Positions 1-8,997 of a stretch of 19,372 nt of DNA are shown in pieces. Within the stretch, counting starts at the first letter, position 1. Each line of letters begins with the position of its first letter. The notes below the pieces were generated by a model. The model ran no database searches and was not told the DNA's origin. It was given only the letters and a program-made list of their open reading frames with translations. The DNA comes from Promethearchaeota archaeon (GTDB lineage Archaea; Asgardarchaeota; Lokiarchaeia; Sigyniarchaeales; SOKP01), in assembly GCA_048941015.1 (NCBI GenBank), contig JBHLNZ010000057.1:1-19372 (forward strand), in the 5' to 3' direction. Both the position numbers and the translations under genes were made by a program.

Positions 1-645
1 GAATTTTGGATGGCTGAAATGGAAGCAGCATGGATGAGGCTTGATGAGATCACTGAAGTTGCTAAAGATGAAATTAGATTCATAATAAAGAAAGTTTTAG
101 AACAGAATAAGAAAGAGCTTGAAATTTTAGAGAGAGAGATTAAGATACTAGAATATTACTCAAAAGTGGAATACCCTACAATAAAGTATGCGGAAGCTTT
201 AGAGATTCTTAATAAAAAATATAGTATGGATATTCCTTGGGGAAAAGATCTAAGAACTAATGAAGAAGCAAAAATTGCAGAACATTTTAATGCTCCTGTT
301 GTTGTAACTCATTATCCGACAGAAATTATGGGTTTTTATAAACCACCTAGTAAAGAAAATCCAAAAGAAGCATTATGTTTTGATATGTTAGCTCCGGAAG
401 GCTATTGTGAAATAATCGGGGGCTCGGAGAGAAGTTTGTTAGTTGATGATATGAAAGATAGATTACAAAAGGATGGTGAAGACACAAGTAATTACAACTG
501 GTATTTTGATTTAAGACGTTATGGAAGTGTACCTCATTCAGGTTACGGAGTAGGAGTAGAGAGAGTTGTTTCTTGGATCTGTGGTATAGATAATATAAAA
601 GATGCTATTCCATTCCCCAGAACTATGGTGAGAAAGGCTCCCTAA
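1..645 (+). CDS. asnS: Asparagine--tRNA ligase, 5'-truncated by the window edge (C-terminal catalytic part)
   Basis: The frame is open from base 1 (GAA TTT TGG ATG = EFWM), so the ATG at 10 is internal. Class II motif 2 tail EFWMAEMEAAW, DMLAPEGYCEIIGGSER and motif 3 WYFDLRRYGSVPHSGYGVGVER...IPFPRT match archaeal AsnRS rather than AspRS. Confidence 0.9.
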   Translation, partial: EFWMAEMEAAWMRLDEITEVAKDEIRFIIKKVLEQNKKELEILEREIKILEYYSKVEYPTIKYAEALEILNKKYSMDIPWGKDLRTNEEAKIAEHFNAPVVVTHYPTEIMGFYKPPSKENPKEALCFDMLAPEGYCEIIGGSERSLLVDDMKDRLQKDGEDTSNYNWYFDLRRYGSVPHSGYGVGVERVVSWICGIDNIKDAIPFPRTMVRKAP

Positions 646-711
646 TAAATATTTTAGAATATCTATAAAAAAGTTTCATAGGTTATTCTTAATGATTATT
701 CTGATTTAGTC

Positions 712-722
712 AAACTTTTTAG
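712..722 (+). promoter_or_regulatory. Candidate BRE/TATA element for gatA-gatB
   Basis: AAACTTTTTAG lies about 63 nt upstream of the gatA ATG and resembles the AAACTTTATATAA element upstream of the ECF operon. The AT-rich background limits certainty. Confidence 0.35.
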
Positions 723-784
723 ATGTATATCATTATTATCGATGAATAAATATTCTAAATTCTTCAAAAAGTAACTCTAATATC

Positions 785-2263
785 ATGGAACTCTATAAAT
801 ACATGGGCTATGAATTAATTGAAAAGATAAGAAATAAGGAAGTTAAAGTACAGGATATAATTCAAGAGATATTTAGAAGAATTGATGAAACTGAAAATCA
901 GATTCATTCCTTTGCCACTCTTTCAAGAGATAAAGCTCACAAGAAAGCTAAGTTATATGATGAGAGATTAAAACAAGGAAAGAAAGTTGGAAGGATTTAT
1001 GGTTTACCATTAGCAAATAAGGATTTAATTTGTATTAAAGATTTTCCAACTACTTGCTGTTCCAAAATATTAGAAGGCTTTAAACCACCTTATGATGCTT
1101 CTGTCATCCAGCGGCTAGAAAATGAAGGAATTATTCATATTGGAAATACTAATATGGACGAGTTTGCTATGGGAAGCTCCACAGAAACAAGTTGTTATGG
1201 ACCTACATATAATCCTTGGGATACGTCTCGTGTTCCTGGGGGATCAAGTGGAGGAGCAGCATCTTCTATAGCAATAGGCCAGACAATTTTCGCTCTTGGG
1301 AGTGATACAGGGGGTAGTATCAGATGCCCTGCTTCTTTCTGTGGAGTGGTAGGATTGAAACCAACTTATGGTAGAGTTTCACGATATGGATTAATTGCTT
1401 TTGCGAATTCACTAGATCAGATCGGTACAATTACTAAATGTGTTTATGATGCCGCATTAATGCTTGAAATTATTGCAGGTAAAGATCCACTTGATTCAAC
1501 TTCAGTTAATATTAAAGTAGATCACTATACAGAAGAACTTCAGAAACCTATTGAAAAGAAATTAATTGGAATCCCTCAAGAATTTTTTGGAGATGGGATT
1601 AATAATCAAGTAAAAAATACTGTAAATAAAACGATTAAAAGATTAGAAAGTTTAGGAACTGAATCTGTGGAAATAACGATACCTCATTTAGAATTTACAG
1701 TTCCGACATACTATTTGATTTGTATGAGCGAAGCAAGCTCAAATTTGGCAAGATATGATGGTTTGAGATACGGAAAAATGAGTAGTGATGCTTCAGGTGA
1801 TATTTATGATGTATTTAGCAGAACTAGAATTAGGAAATTTGGAGCGGAAGTAAGAAGAAGAATATTTTTAGGGACTTATGCTTTATCTGCTGGTTATTAT
1901 GATATGTATTATATAAAGTCTCTAAAAGTTAGGAATTTAATAAAGAAGGATTTTGAAGAAGCTTATAAAAAGTGTGATTTTATTGTCAGTCCAACAATGC
2001 CTACAACAGCCTTTAAGGTTGGAGAAAAAGTCGATGATCCGCTAAAGATGTATATGGATGATATCTTAACTTGTCCCATAAACCTTGCTGGTCTACCAGC
2101 AATTTCAATTCCCTGCGGTCATGATAGCAATGATTTACCTATTGGCTTCCAAATTATAGGTAATTATTTCGATGAAAAAGGGATTCTTAATGTTGCTTAT
2201 CAATTGGAACAGGAGCTAAATATATTTAGGAAGATTCCTAATGTAATGAAAGGAGATAAGTAA
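785..2263 (+). CDS. gatA: Asp/Glu-tRNA amidotransferase subunit A (amidase signature glutaminase)
   Basis: NKDLI (catalytic Lys), NMDEFAMGSSTE, PGGSSGG, GSDTGGSIR, plus the GatA-typical EASSNLARYDGLRYG and FGAEVRRRIFLGTYALSAGYY. The stop overlaps the gatB start (TAATG). Confidence 0.95.
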   Translation: MELYKYMGYELIEKIRNKEVKVQDIIQEIFRRIDETENQIHSFATLSRDKAHKKAKLYDERLKQGKKVGRIYGLPLANKDLICIKDFPTTCCSKILEGFKPPYDASVIQRLENEGIIHIGNTNMDEFAMGSSTETSCYGPTYNPWDTSRVPGGSSGGAASSIAIGQTIFALGSDTGGSIRCPASFCGVVGLKPTYGRVSRYGLIAFANSLDQIGTITKCVYDAALMLEIIAGKDPLDSTSVNIKVDHYTEELQKPIEKKLIGIPQEFFGDGINNQVKNTVNKTIKRLESLGTESVEITIPHLEFTVPTYYLICMSEASSNLARYDGLRYGKMSSDASGDIYDVFSRTRIRKFGAEVRRRIFLGTYALSAGYYDMYYIKSLKVRNLIKKDFEEAYKKCDFIVSPTMPTTAFKVGEKVDDPLKMYMDDILTCPINLAGLPAISIPCGHDSNDLPIGFQIIGNYFDEKGILNVAYQLEQELNIFRKIPNVMKGDK

Positions 2264-3735
2264 TGTTAAATAATAATGAAAATAGTGTAATCATCGGATT
2301 GGAAGTCCATATTCAATTGACAAACTTAAACACAAAATTGTTCTGTAGTTGTAATAGTGATTACCGTGGCGCTGAACCAAACAGCCATGTTTGTCCTATC
2401 TGTATAGGTTTACCGGGATCACTCCCAAGTATAAATAAAATAGCTATTGAATTCGCAACTAGACTAGCTTTAGCATTAGAATGCAATATAAATGAGAAAT
2501 TTTGGTTCTTTAGGAAGAATTATTTTTATGTAGACTTACCCAAAGGATTTCAGATAAGTCAGTATAACAAAGCAGGAGGTAGGGCTTTTGCTGATGGTGG
2601 AAAAATAACAATTAGATTAAATAATCACAAAAGAGATATTATTTTGAATAGAATTCATTTGGAGGAGGACCCAGCACGATTAGTTCATCAAGGAAGTATT
2701 GCAACTTCACCCTACACTCTTGTAGACTATAATAGATCGGGAATTTGTTTAATTGAAATAGTAACTGAACCAGTTTTAAGTTCACCGGAAGAAGCGAGAG
2801 AATTTCTTAAACAATTAAAATCAATCGTCCAATACACAGGAATTTCAGATTTAGATTTACAAGGGTCGGTGAGAGTTGATGCAAATATCTCTATTAAAGG
2901 ACATGAGCGAAGTGAAGTAAAGAATATAAATAGTTTTCGAGAAGTTGAAAGAGCCTTAATGCATGAAATTATCAGACAAAAGAATCTGTTAAAAAGAGGA
3001 AAAACATTAACCCAAGAAACTAGGCATTGGGATGATAAAAGAAGAATAACAATTTCCTTAAGAGCTAAAGAATTTGAAGAAGATTATCGCTATTTTCCCG
3101 AACAAGATCTAACACCTATAGAAATAGGATATGATTTCATAAAAAAAGTCAAAAACGAACTTCCAGAAATGCCAAATGAAAGAGCTTTAAGATTTCAGAG
3201 AGAATACTTATTATCTGAATTTGATTCTGAGAATTTGGTTTTAGATAAAGATATTGCTGACTTTTACGAACAGGGTGTAAACTCTGATCCTTCATTTGGA
3301 CCTGAAGAATTTAAACAATATTGTAACTGGTTGATGAACAATATCTCTGGTTGGTTAAATGAGAACAATATTCATATTACTGAAACTAAATTAAAACCTC
3401 ATCAAATAGTAAATCTTATTCAGTACATAAATAAAGGAGAAATTACTAATAAAATCGCTAAAACCTTTATCGATGACATGATGAAGGGAAAAGAAATTGG
3501 AAGGATCATCAGAAGCAAGGGAAAGAAAAGAATCTCAGATACTGAGATTTTAACAATTTATTCTAAGGAAGCAGTTGATGAAAATCCCCGAATTCTAGAG
3601 GATTGTTATAAAAATCCAAAAGCGATAGAAGCTTTAATTGGAAAAGTAATGGCAAAAACGCAAGGACAAGCAGACCCATCAATTACGAGAGAAATTATTC
3701 TTGATTTGTTAAGAGAAAAGGGAATTGTATATTAA
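2263..3735 (+). CDS. gatB: Asp/Glu-tRNA amidotransferase subunit B
   Basis: IGLEVHIQL, KLFCSC..CPICIGLPG Zn site, RKNYFYVDLPKGFQISQY, IHLEED, DYNRSG..LIEIVTEP, EVKNINSF, DYRYFPE and a C-terminal YqeY-like LIGKVMAKTQGQADP. AGGAG SD upstream. At 490 aa it has no GatE-type insertion. Confidence 0.95.
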   Translation: MLNNNENSVIIGLEVHIQLTNLNTKLFCSCNSDYRGAEPNSHVCPICIGLPGSLPSINKIAIEFATRLALALECNINEKFWFFRKNYFYVDLPKGFQISQYNKAGGRAFADGGKITIRLNNHKRDIILNRIHLEEDPARLVHQGSIATSPYTLVDYNRSGICLIEIVTEPVLSSPEEAREFLKQLKSIVQYTGISDLDLQGSVRVDANISIKGHERSEVKNINSFREVERALMHEIIRQKNLLKRGKTLTQETRHWDDKRRITISLRAKEFEEDYRYFPEQDLTPIEIGYDFIKKVKNELPEMPNERALRFQREYLLSEFDSENLVLDKDIADFYEQGVNSDPSFGPEEFKQYCNWLMNNISGWLNENNIHITETKLKPHQIVNLIQYINKGEITNKIAKTFIDDMMKGKEIGRIIRSKGKKRISDTEILTIYSKEAVDENPRILEDCYKNPKAIEALIGKVMAKTQGQADPSITREIILDLLREKGIVY

Positions 3736-3758
3736 AAAGGAGAAAAAATAAAAAAGTA

Positions 3759-4109
3759 CTATAACATTTTCCTTAAGGCTTCTGCAGCAGCAGAAAGCTT
3801 CAAATTAATTATACCTAGTTTAGCATCTGGAGTTGCAATTATACATAAAATATTACCTTCTATCTCAGAAAATAATATTCTTCCTTTCTGGCTCTCAATT
3901 ATTGCGCTAATAAACATGCCTTGTTCTAATTCTTTTGTTGCTCTTTGAGATGCTTTTAAAATAAGGGTGACCATTGCAGCAACGGCTTCAGGATCTACCC
4001 AACCGGGTAAAGCACTGCCCCGAATTAATCCAAACTTTTCAATAATTGCTGCTCCATGTACGCCTTTGATAGATTTCAAGCTTTCCAGGATGTCGGATAT
4101 TTCACTCAT
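3759..4109 (-). CDS. Roadblock/LC7 (MglB-like) domain protein
   Basis: 116 aa with the Roadblock pattern: L..L..IKGVHGAAII...GLI..S, AVAAMV, EL..G......IE...GRIL, LCIIA..DAKLG.I.L. An A-run at 3734-3755 gives a U-rich terminator on the minus strand. Confidence 0.9.
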   Translation of the reverse strand: MSEISDILESLKSIKGVHGAAIIEKFGLIRGSALPGWVDPEAVAAMVTLILKASQRATKELEQGMFISAIIESQKGRILFSEIEGNILCIIATPDAKLGIINLKLSAAAEALRKML

Positions 4110-4134
4110 TTAACTCATTTTGATTTATGTATAT

Positions 4135-4157
4135 TAGATTATTAGAAAAATAATCTA
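4135..4157. repeat. Perfect 9-bp inverted repeat TAGATTATT-n5-AATAATCTA upstream of the Roadblock gene
   Basis: Read directly: arms at 4135-4143 and 4149-4157. Function is unknown. Confidence 0.5.
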
Positions 4158-4247
4158 GTTATAGATATTTAAGATTTAATATTATTTAAGTAAATAATTT
4201 TTTAAGTTGTTTTAAAAGATATTATTAAAAAAAAGAAAGAATTATAG

Positions 4248-5285
4248 TTATAACTTAATAATTTTTCCCCATTTATCAAGTCCAACTGCTATTAGTGTAA
4301 TAATAACTGTCATAATGATAAATATTAGGAAATCCTTTTCCAAACCAATAATATCAGCAATCAAGAATTCAAGAACAATGGCAATTACATAGATTAAAAA
4401 AGGGTTTTTGCCATAACTATCAAGTATAAAGATTGGTTTTTTTACAACCTTATCAATTCCAATAAAAACAAATGATAATAAGATCGAAGTTCCAAGACTA
4501 ATCAAAATATAGGTTAGTGTTACCTGGCGTTTATTAGCATACCATTCCGGTATAAGAGTTAGTAAAATACCTCCTAAAAATGCTATTATTCCAACAAGGG
4601 CATATATTTGGTATTTCTTATTTTCTGATTTTTCTTTATCCATAAAAAAAAGTTCTCCTAAACATGTTGCATAAATCATTATCACAGAAAATCCGAATAT
4701 AGTCCCTAATATCCCCCCATGAACAGATGCTATAGCGTATTCTCTCCAACCTCCAAATAATAACATCAATTGATAAAATATTAACAAAGCTGATGCTAAA
4801 ATTGCTCTTATCTTAGGACTAACAAATAGAAACGGAATTGCAATTAATCCTACCAAGCCAAGGGAAGGTAATACATCCCAAATAACAATTACCATCCCAT
4901 CCACCGTTTTCACAATGGCTTGTTGATCGATAAGAATTACAAGGTAACCAAGTAAAAGTATGACACCATACCGTATAATCATATGTCTTACTGCTTTGCC
5001 AGTCCCATCTCTCTCTTTACGGTGAAAGAAAGATAAGGGCATAAGAAAGCCCATAATGAATATAAAAGCCGGAGCACCTACATCATAAAAGTTCATATAT
5101 TCAACTGTTCTTTGAGGTTCAGGATGTTCAAGAAAGAATCTCGCAGCTTCTCTAATAAAGGCTGGGAGAAACTCTGTAATCACAAGTAGTATCATGATAA
5201 AACCTCTTGCATGATCAATCCAATAATAACGTTTTCCTCGAGTAATATCAATCTCAACTGATGATGAATTATCAATCTCGTTCAT
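4248..5285 (-). CDS. Polytopic membrane acyltransferase, heparan-alpha-glucosaminide N-acetyltransferase-like (HGSNAT/DUF1624-type)
   Basis: N-terminal R...IDHARG..M motif, a His in the first loop (FLEH), D...PAFIFIMG, about 10-11 TM helices and a C-terminal YGKNPFLIY. Confidence 0.7.
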   Translation of the reverse strand: MNEIDNSSSVEIDITRGKRYYWIDHARGFIMILLVITEFLPAFIREAARFFLEHPEPQRTVEYMNFYDVGAPAFIFIMGFLMPLSFFHRKERDGTGKAVRHMIIRYGVILLLGYLVILIDQQAIVKTVDGMVIVIWDVLPSLGLVGLIAIPFLFVSPKIRAILASALLIFYQLMLLFGGWREYAIASVHGGILGTIFGFSVIMIYATCLGELFFMDKEKSENKKYQIYALVGIIAFLGGILLTLIPEWYANKRQVTLTYILISLGTSILLSFVFIGIDKVVKKPIFILDSYGKNPFLIYVIAIVLEFLIADIIGLEKDFLIFIIMTVIITLIAVGLDKWGKIIKL

Positions 5286-5416
5286 GTCAAATCAATTTTT
5301 AGTTTTAATATAAAATTTAATTATCTAAAATGATATATTAGATATTTACGGTGTTATAGTATTTAAGTATAAAAATTTTTAAATTTTATATATCTCTAAA
5401 AAAAGTTGCGGAATTA

Positions 5417-6562
5417 ATGGTTAATATAATTTATCGGAACTACCAAAATGGCGATGAAGAACAATTAGCGGATCTCTATAATAAAGCATTTCAGATGAAT
5501 GGTCCCGGTTATCTTAGGACAAAGGAAAATCTTAACTGGCGATACATCCAATATCCAGGCTTTGAGTCCGGAATGATCCAAATTGCTGAAGATATTGATA
5601 ATAAAAAGATTGTTGGAGCAGTTTATGTTAATCCAGTAGAAAAAGTAAGATTAAATGGTGAGGTCTGTTTAATCGGTAGTATTAATGATGTAGCATGTCA
5701 TCCAAGGTATATTAGAAAAGGTATTGCTAGTAATTTAATGAAAATGGCAATGGAATATATGAAAAAAAAAAAATGTGATATCTCATTATTAACAGCTGAT
5801 TATCATGGTTTTCCAAGAACTAAAATTTATTCTAGATTTGGATATATTGATATTGATAGAGCTTTCATGTTCATAAATTTCCCAAATATTTTTCAATTAA
5901 TTAAGGATATTCCTGGACTTTTATCATTAATTCCTTCACTTTTTATAATTTCTTATATCCCACGAATATTAACTAGAGTTTTAACTAAATTCAATTCTCA
6001 AATTAAGAAATTTTCATACAAAATTAGATATAATATAGAACATACAGAGTATGCTAAATCTTCTAAAGAGATAATGAGGAAATATTATACAGGAGTTCCT
6101 ATTTATAATATTAGGAAGATTAAATGGGCAAGGATAAATGTACCGGGAAAAAAGCAAAAACCAACATATGTTACAATCCAGAAAGATCAGGAAATCATTG
6201 GTGGGGCAAAAATAACACAAATCGACATATACGCAATAAAATTCGGAATAAAGATAAGATTTGGATTAATTCATGAAATTTTTTTAGATAAATCGAGATT
6301 CACTTCAGAAAAGAATCTGAAGTATGGATATCATTATCTTATTGATAAAGTTTTGAAGGCAGCAACCCAAAGAGGTATTGCAGGATTACTATTTATTACA
6401 AGTTCGATTGATCTTTATTTGATAAAAGCCTTAACATCTATGCTTTTTATAAAATTAAAGGGAGCAAGTGTGATGGCAAAAATTTTTAATGAAAAATTTA
6501 AGGAAATTAAATTAAATAAACCTATATATATTCCAACTTATATATCGCTTTCTATTCCTTAG
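5417..6562 (+). CDS. GNAT family N-acetyltransferase (two-domain, 381 aa)
   Basis: N-terminal IYRNY..GD..QL..LYN.AF, acetyl-CoA motif A INDVACHPRYIRKGIASNLM and IYSRFGY. The C-terminal half looks like a second degenerate GNAT-like domain. Confidence 0.8.
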   Translation: MVNIIYRNYQNGDEEQLADLYNKAFQMNGPGYLRTKENLNWRYIQYPGFESGMIQIAEDIDNKKIVGAVYVNPVEKVRLNGEVCLIGSINDVACHPRYIRKGIASNLMKMAMEYMKKKKCDISLLTADYHGFPRTKIYSRFGYIDIDRAFMFINFPNIFQLIKDIPGLLSLIPSLFIISYIPRILTRVLTKFNSQIKKFSYKIRYNIEHTEYAKSSKEIMRKYYTGVPIYNIRKIKWARINVPGKKQKPTYVTIQKDQEIIGGAKITQIDIYAIKFGIKIRFGLIHEIFLDKSRFTSEKNLKYGYHYLIDKVLKAATQRGIAGLLFITSSIDLYLIKALTSMLFIKLKGASVMAKIFNEKFKEIKLNKPIYIPTYISLSIP

Positions 6563-6587
6563 AATCGCTTAAAATAATTAATTTGAA

Positions 6588-8108
6588 TTAGATTGGAGTA
6601 AACGCTGCTATTTCTTGTAGCTCTTTGTTTTTTAAAAAATCGTTCGTTGGTAATTTTTTTATTAATTTTCCTTCATCTAAAATGATGACTTCCTTAGAAT
6701 ATCGTTCAATAACATAAGGATTGTGGGTGACTATAATTATAGTATGACCATTGTCATTTAAATCTTGTAAAATTTTCATAAATTCTTTAATCATCAGAAA
6801 ATCTTGTCCAGTAGTAGGCTCATCAATTATTAAGATTTCTGGTTTCAATACTAAAACTGAAGCTAAAGCTAATCTCTGACGAATACCTTTACTCAAATAA
6901 AAAGTTGATTCATAAGTCTCTTCGAATTTTTTTAGATCTAGTAATTCTGATATTTCATTATAGCGGATTTCTATCTCTTCCTTAGGAAATTTGAGATTAT
7001 GTAATCCAAATTCAATCTCTTCTTTTATGGTATTTTTAAAAAGTTGATGATCGGGATTTTGATAACAAAATCCAATAGTTTGAGCAATTTTACTAATTTT
7101 ATACTCAATTATAGACAGAGATTTAAATTTTATATCGCCAACTTGAGGTTTTAATAAACCATTAAAGTGTTTTATTAGGGTTGTTTTACCTGATCCATTT
7201 TTACCAATAATTGCTATAAAATCTCCAGAATTTATATTAAAACTTATATTTTTAAGTGCTTGAGTTTGATTTGGATATGTAAAACTTAAATTAGAGATTT
7301 TTAAGATTGGTTCCTTCTTTATAACTATGTTTCTTTCAGTTCGGGCCAATTCTTCATGAGCTTTCAAAGGGTTAAAAATTCCTGACTTATTAACTAGATT
7401 TTCATTGGAAAGTAATTCCGAGGTTATCCCGTCAAATATAACCATTCCAGATTCTAGAAGTACTACTCTATCGCAAAATTTAAGAATCTTATCAGTTTCA
7501 TGACTTACTAATATTATCGTTAGGTTGAATTCATTTCTAATTTTTTCCAGTAACTCAAAAACTTCCAATTTTCCATAAGGATCTAAGTCAGAAGTTGGTT
7601 CGTCTAAGATGAGAATTTCAGGACGCATCGCCATGATTGAGGCAATGGCAACTCTCTGTTTTTGACCTCCAGATAATTCATCAGGGGACTTTTGTTGAAA
7701 TCCTTTTAAACCAACAAGATTTAGAGCCCAATTAATTCTTTCTTTAATTTCAATTCTATTAAGATTTAATGTTTCTAATCCAATAGCAATCTCATCTTCC
7801 ACAGTCATCATTATAAATTGCGTTTCAGGATCTTGAAATACTAACCCGACTTTTGAACCAAGATCAGCCATTTTTTGAGTGCGAGTATTCATGTTTAATA
7901 CATTTACTACCCCTTTAATCCACCCTCGTGTTTTTAAGGGTATAAGACCATTGATGCATGAACAAAGAGTTGATTTACCAGCTCCAGTTGGCCCCATAAT
8001 TCCAACAAATTCATTGCGATTGATTTTTAAGTTAATTGAATTTAGAACTAGATCCTTAGATGCCTTATATTTCCAAAAGAAATCTTTAAATTCAATTACA
8101 GTTGACAT
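6588..8108 (-). CDS. ECF transporter fused ATPase (A-A', two ABC domains)
   Basis: NBD1: GPTGAGKS, FQDPETQF, LSGGQKQR, LILDEPT, VSH. NBD2: GKNGSGKT, YQNPDHQ, LSKGIRQR, LIIDEPT, VTH. It follows the EcfT gene by 6 nt. Confidence 0.93.
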   Translation of the reverse strand: MSTVIEFKDFFWKYKASKDLVLNSINLKINRNEFVGIMGPTGAGKSTLCSCINGLIPLKTRGWIKGVVNVLNMNTRTQKMADLGSKVGLVFQDPETQFIMMTVEDEIAIGLETLNLNRIEIKERINWALNLVGLKGFQQKSPDELSGGQKQRVAIASIMAMRPEILILDEPTSDLDPYGKLEVFELLEKIRNEFNLTIILVSHETDKILKFCDRVVLLESGMVIFDGITSELLSNENLVNKSGIFNPLKAHEELARTERNIVIKKEPILKISNLSFTYPNQTQALKNISFNINSGDFIAIIGKNGSGKTTLIKHFNGLLKPQVGDIKFKSLSIIEYKISKIAQTIGFCYQNPDHQLFKNTIKEEIEFGLHNLKFPKEEIEIRYNEISELLDLKKFEETYESTFYLSKGIRQRLALASVLVLKPEILIIDEPTTGQDFLMIKEFMKILQDLNDNGHTIIIVTHNPYVIERYSKEVIILDEGKLIKKLPTNDFLKNKELQEIAAFTPI

Positions 8109-8114
8109 TTTCTA

Positions 8115-8927
8115 TCACATAAAGATTCCGATAATTAAAGAAACGATACTTTGATTAATTAAAAGTAAATAAACAGAAAATGCAAGGAATAAAAATAATA
8201 GAAAAATTATAAAGTAATCTTTTTTCTTAAAAGGAAATGATTGATAAATAGTTCTTTTCTTGGAACTTAAAGGGATACCCCTTGATTCAATTGATGCTGC
8301 TATATCCTCTGTTTTTTTAAACATTAAAACAATTAAAGCAACGAATATAGATATAAAATTTTTAATTTTCTTTGGAATAGATATTCGTTCAAATTCGACA
8401 CCACGAGTCATCATAGCTTCTTTTACCATTGAATATTCTTGCTGAAACATAGCTAATCCTCGAAAAGTTAGACTCACCATTAAGCATACTGAAAAGGGTA
8501 TTTTTATTGAACGTAATCCATGAATTAAATCTCGATCAGATATAGAAATAAAAAAGAATAGCATTAAGAAAAACATTATAATTATCCTTAAAGATATACG
8601 TGCTGCATAAAATAGAGTAGTTTCTGTTATTAAAATATGCCAAATCCACTTATCCTTAATTAATGTAAGCGTAATCTCAAAGAATGTAATTGATCCTTCC
8701 CTTTCTGATAAAAGACACCATACTATAAATATTGAAACATTAACAGATAAGAAAGCAATTATTATTTTTCGAAAATTCTTTGAAAATAATGGGACTTTTG
8801 TTGCAAATATTAATATTATAACAAGGAATAACATTATAATAATATCAAAAACATCATTCATAAGGAAAGTAATAATAGATAAAACAAAGACTAAAGATAT
8901 TTTAGTGATAGGGTGTATTTTAGCCAT
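8115..8927 (-). CDS. ecfT: ECF transporter transmembrane T component (EcfT/CbiQ family)
   Basis: N-terminal HP.TK, TM helices, L..GLRSIKIP and the two coupling-helix X-R-G motifs AMMTRG and SIESRG. Confidence 0.9.
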   Translation of the reverse strand: MAKIHPITKISLVFVLSIITFLMNDVFDIIIMLFLVIILIFATKVPLFSKNFRKIIIAFLSVNVSIFIVWCLLSEREGSITFFEITLTLIKDKWIWHILITETTLFYAARISLRIIIMFFLMLFFFISISDRDLIHGLRSIKIPFSVCLMVSLTFRGLAMFQQEYSMVKEAMMTRGVEFERISIPKKIKNFISIFVALIVLMFKKTEDIAASIESRGIPLSSKKRTIYQSFPFKKKDYFIIFLLFLFLAFSVYLLLINQSIVSLIIGIFM

Positions 8928-8947
8928 AATATTCGTTGAAGGAATAT

Positions 8948-8959
8948 AAGAAAAAAAAG
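8948..8959 (-). terminator. Oligo-T tract between the S and T genes (possible partial terminator)
   Basis: The minus strand reads CTTTTTTTTCTT about 40 nt after the S-component stop. Confidence 0.3.
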
Positions 8960-8997
8960 TTTTAGATAAAGTTGAGATTTAATTCACCCCAAAATTA

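Noticed and set aside
653-759. 10-bp inverted repeat TTTAGAATAT / ATATTCTAAA in the asnS-gatA spacer as a MITE or RNA element
   Set aside because: Almost entirely A/T, no target-site duplication and no further pairing. This is expected by chance in this background.
2263-3735. Possibility that this gene is gatE
   Set aside because: Length, Zn-binding Cys motifs, absence of the AspRS-like insertion and coupling to gatA all indicate GatB.
6014-6220. Short alternative ORFs (also 7879..8154, 8260..8445, 9470..9715, 11030..11296, 15078..15287 and 18157..18489)
   Set aside because: All overlap well-supported genes, antisense or out of frame, and show no recognisable motifs.
6870-6900. Degenerate ABC signature LSKGIRQR in the second NBD
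   Set aside because: Such deviation is common in the second domain of fused ECF ATPases, and the Walker A/B and H-loop are intact.
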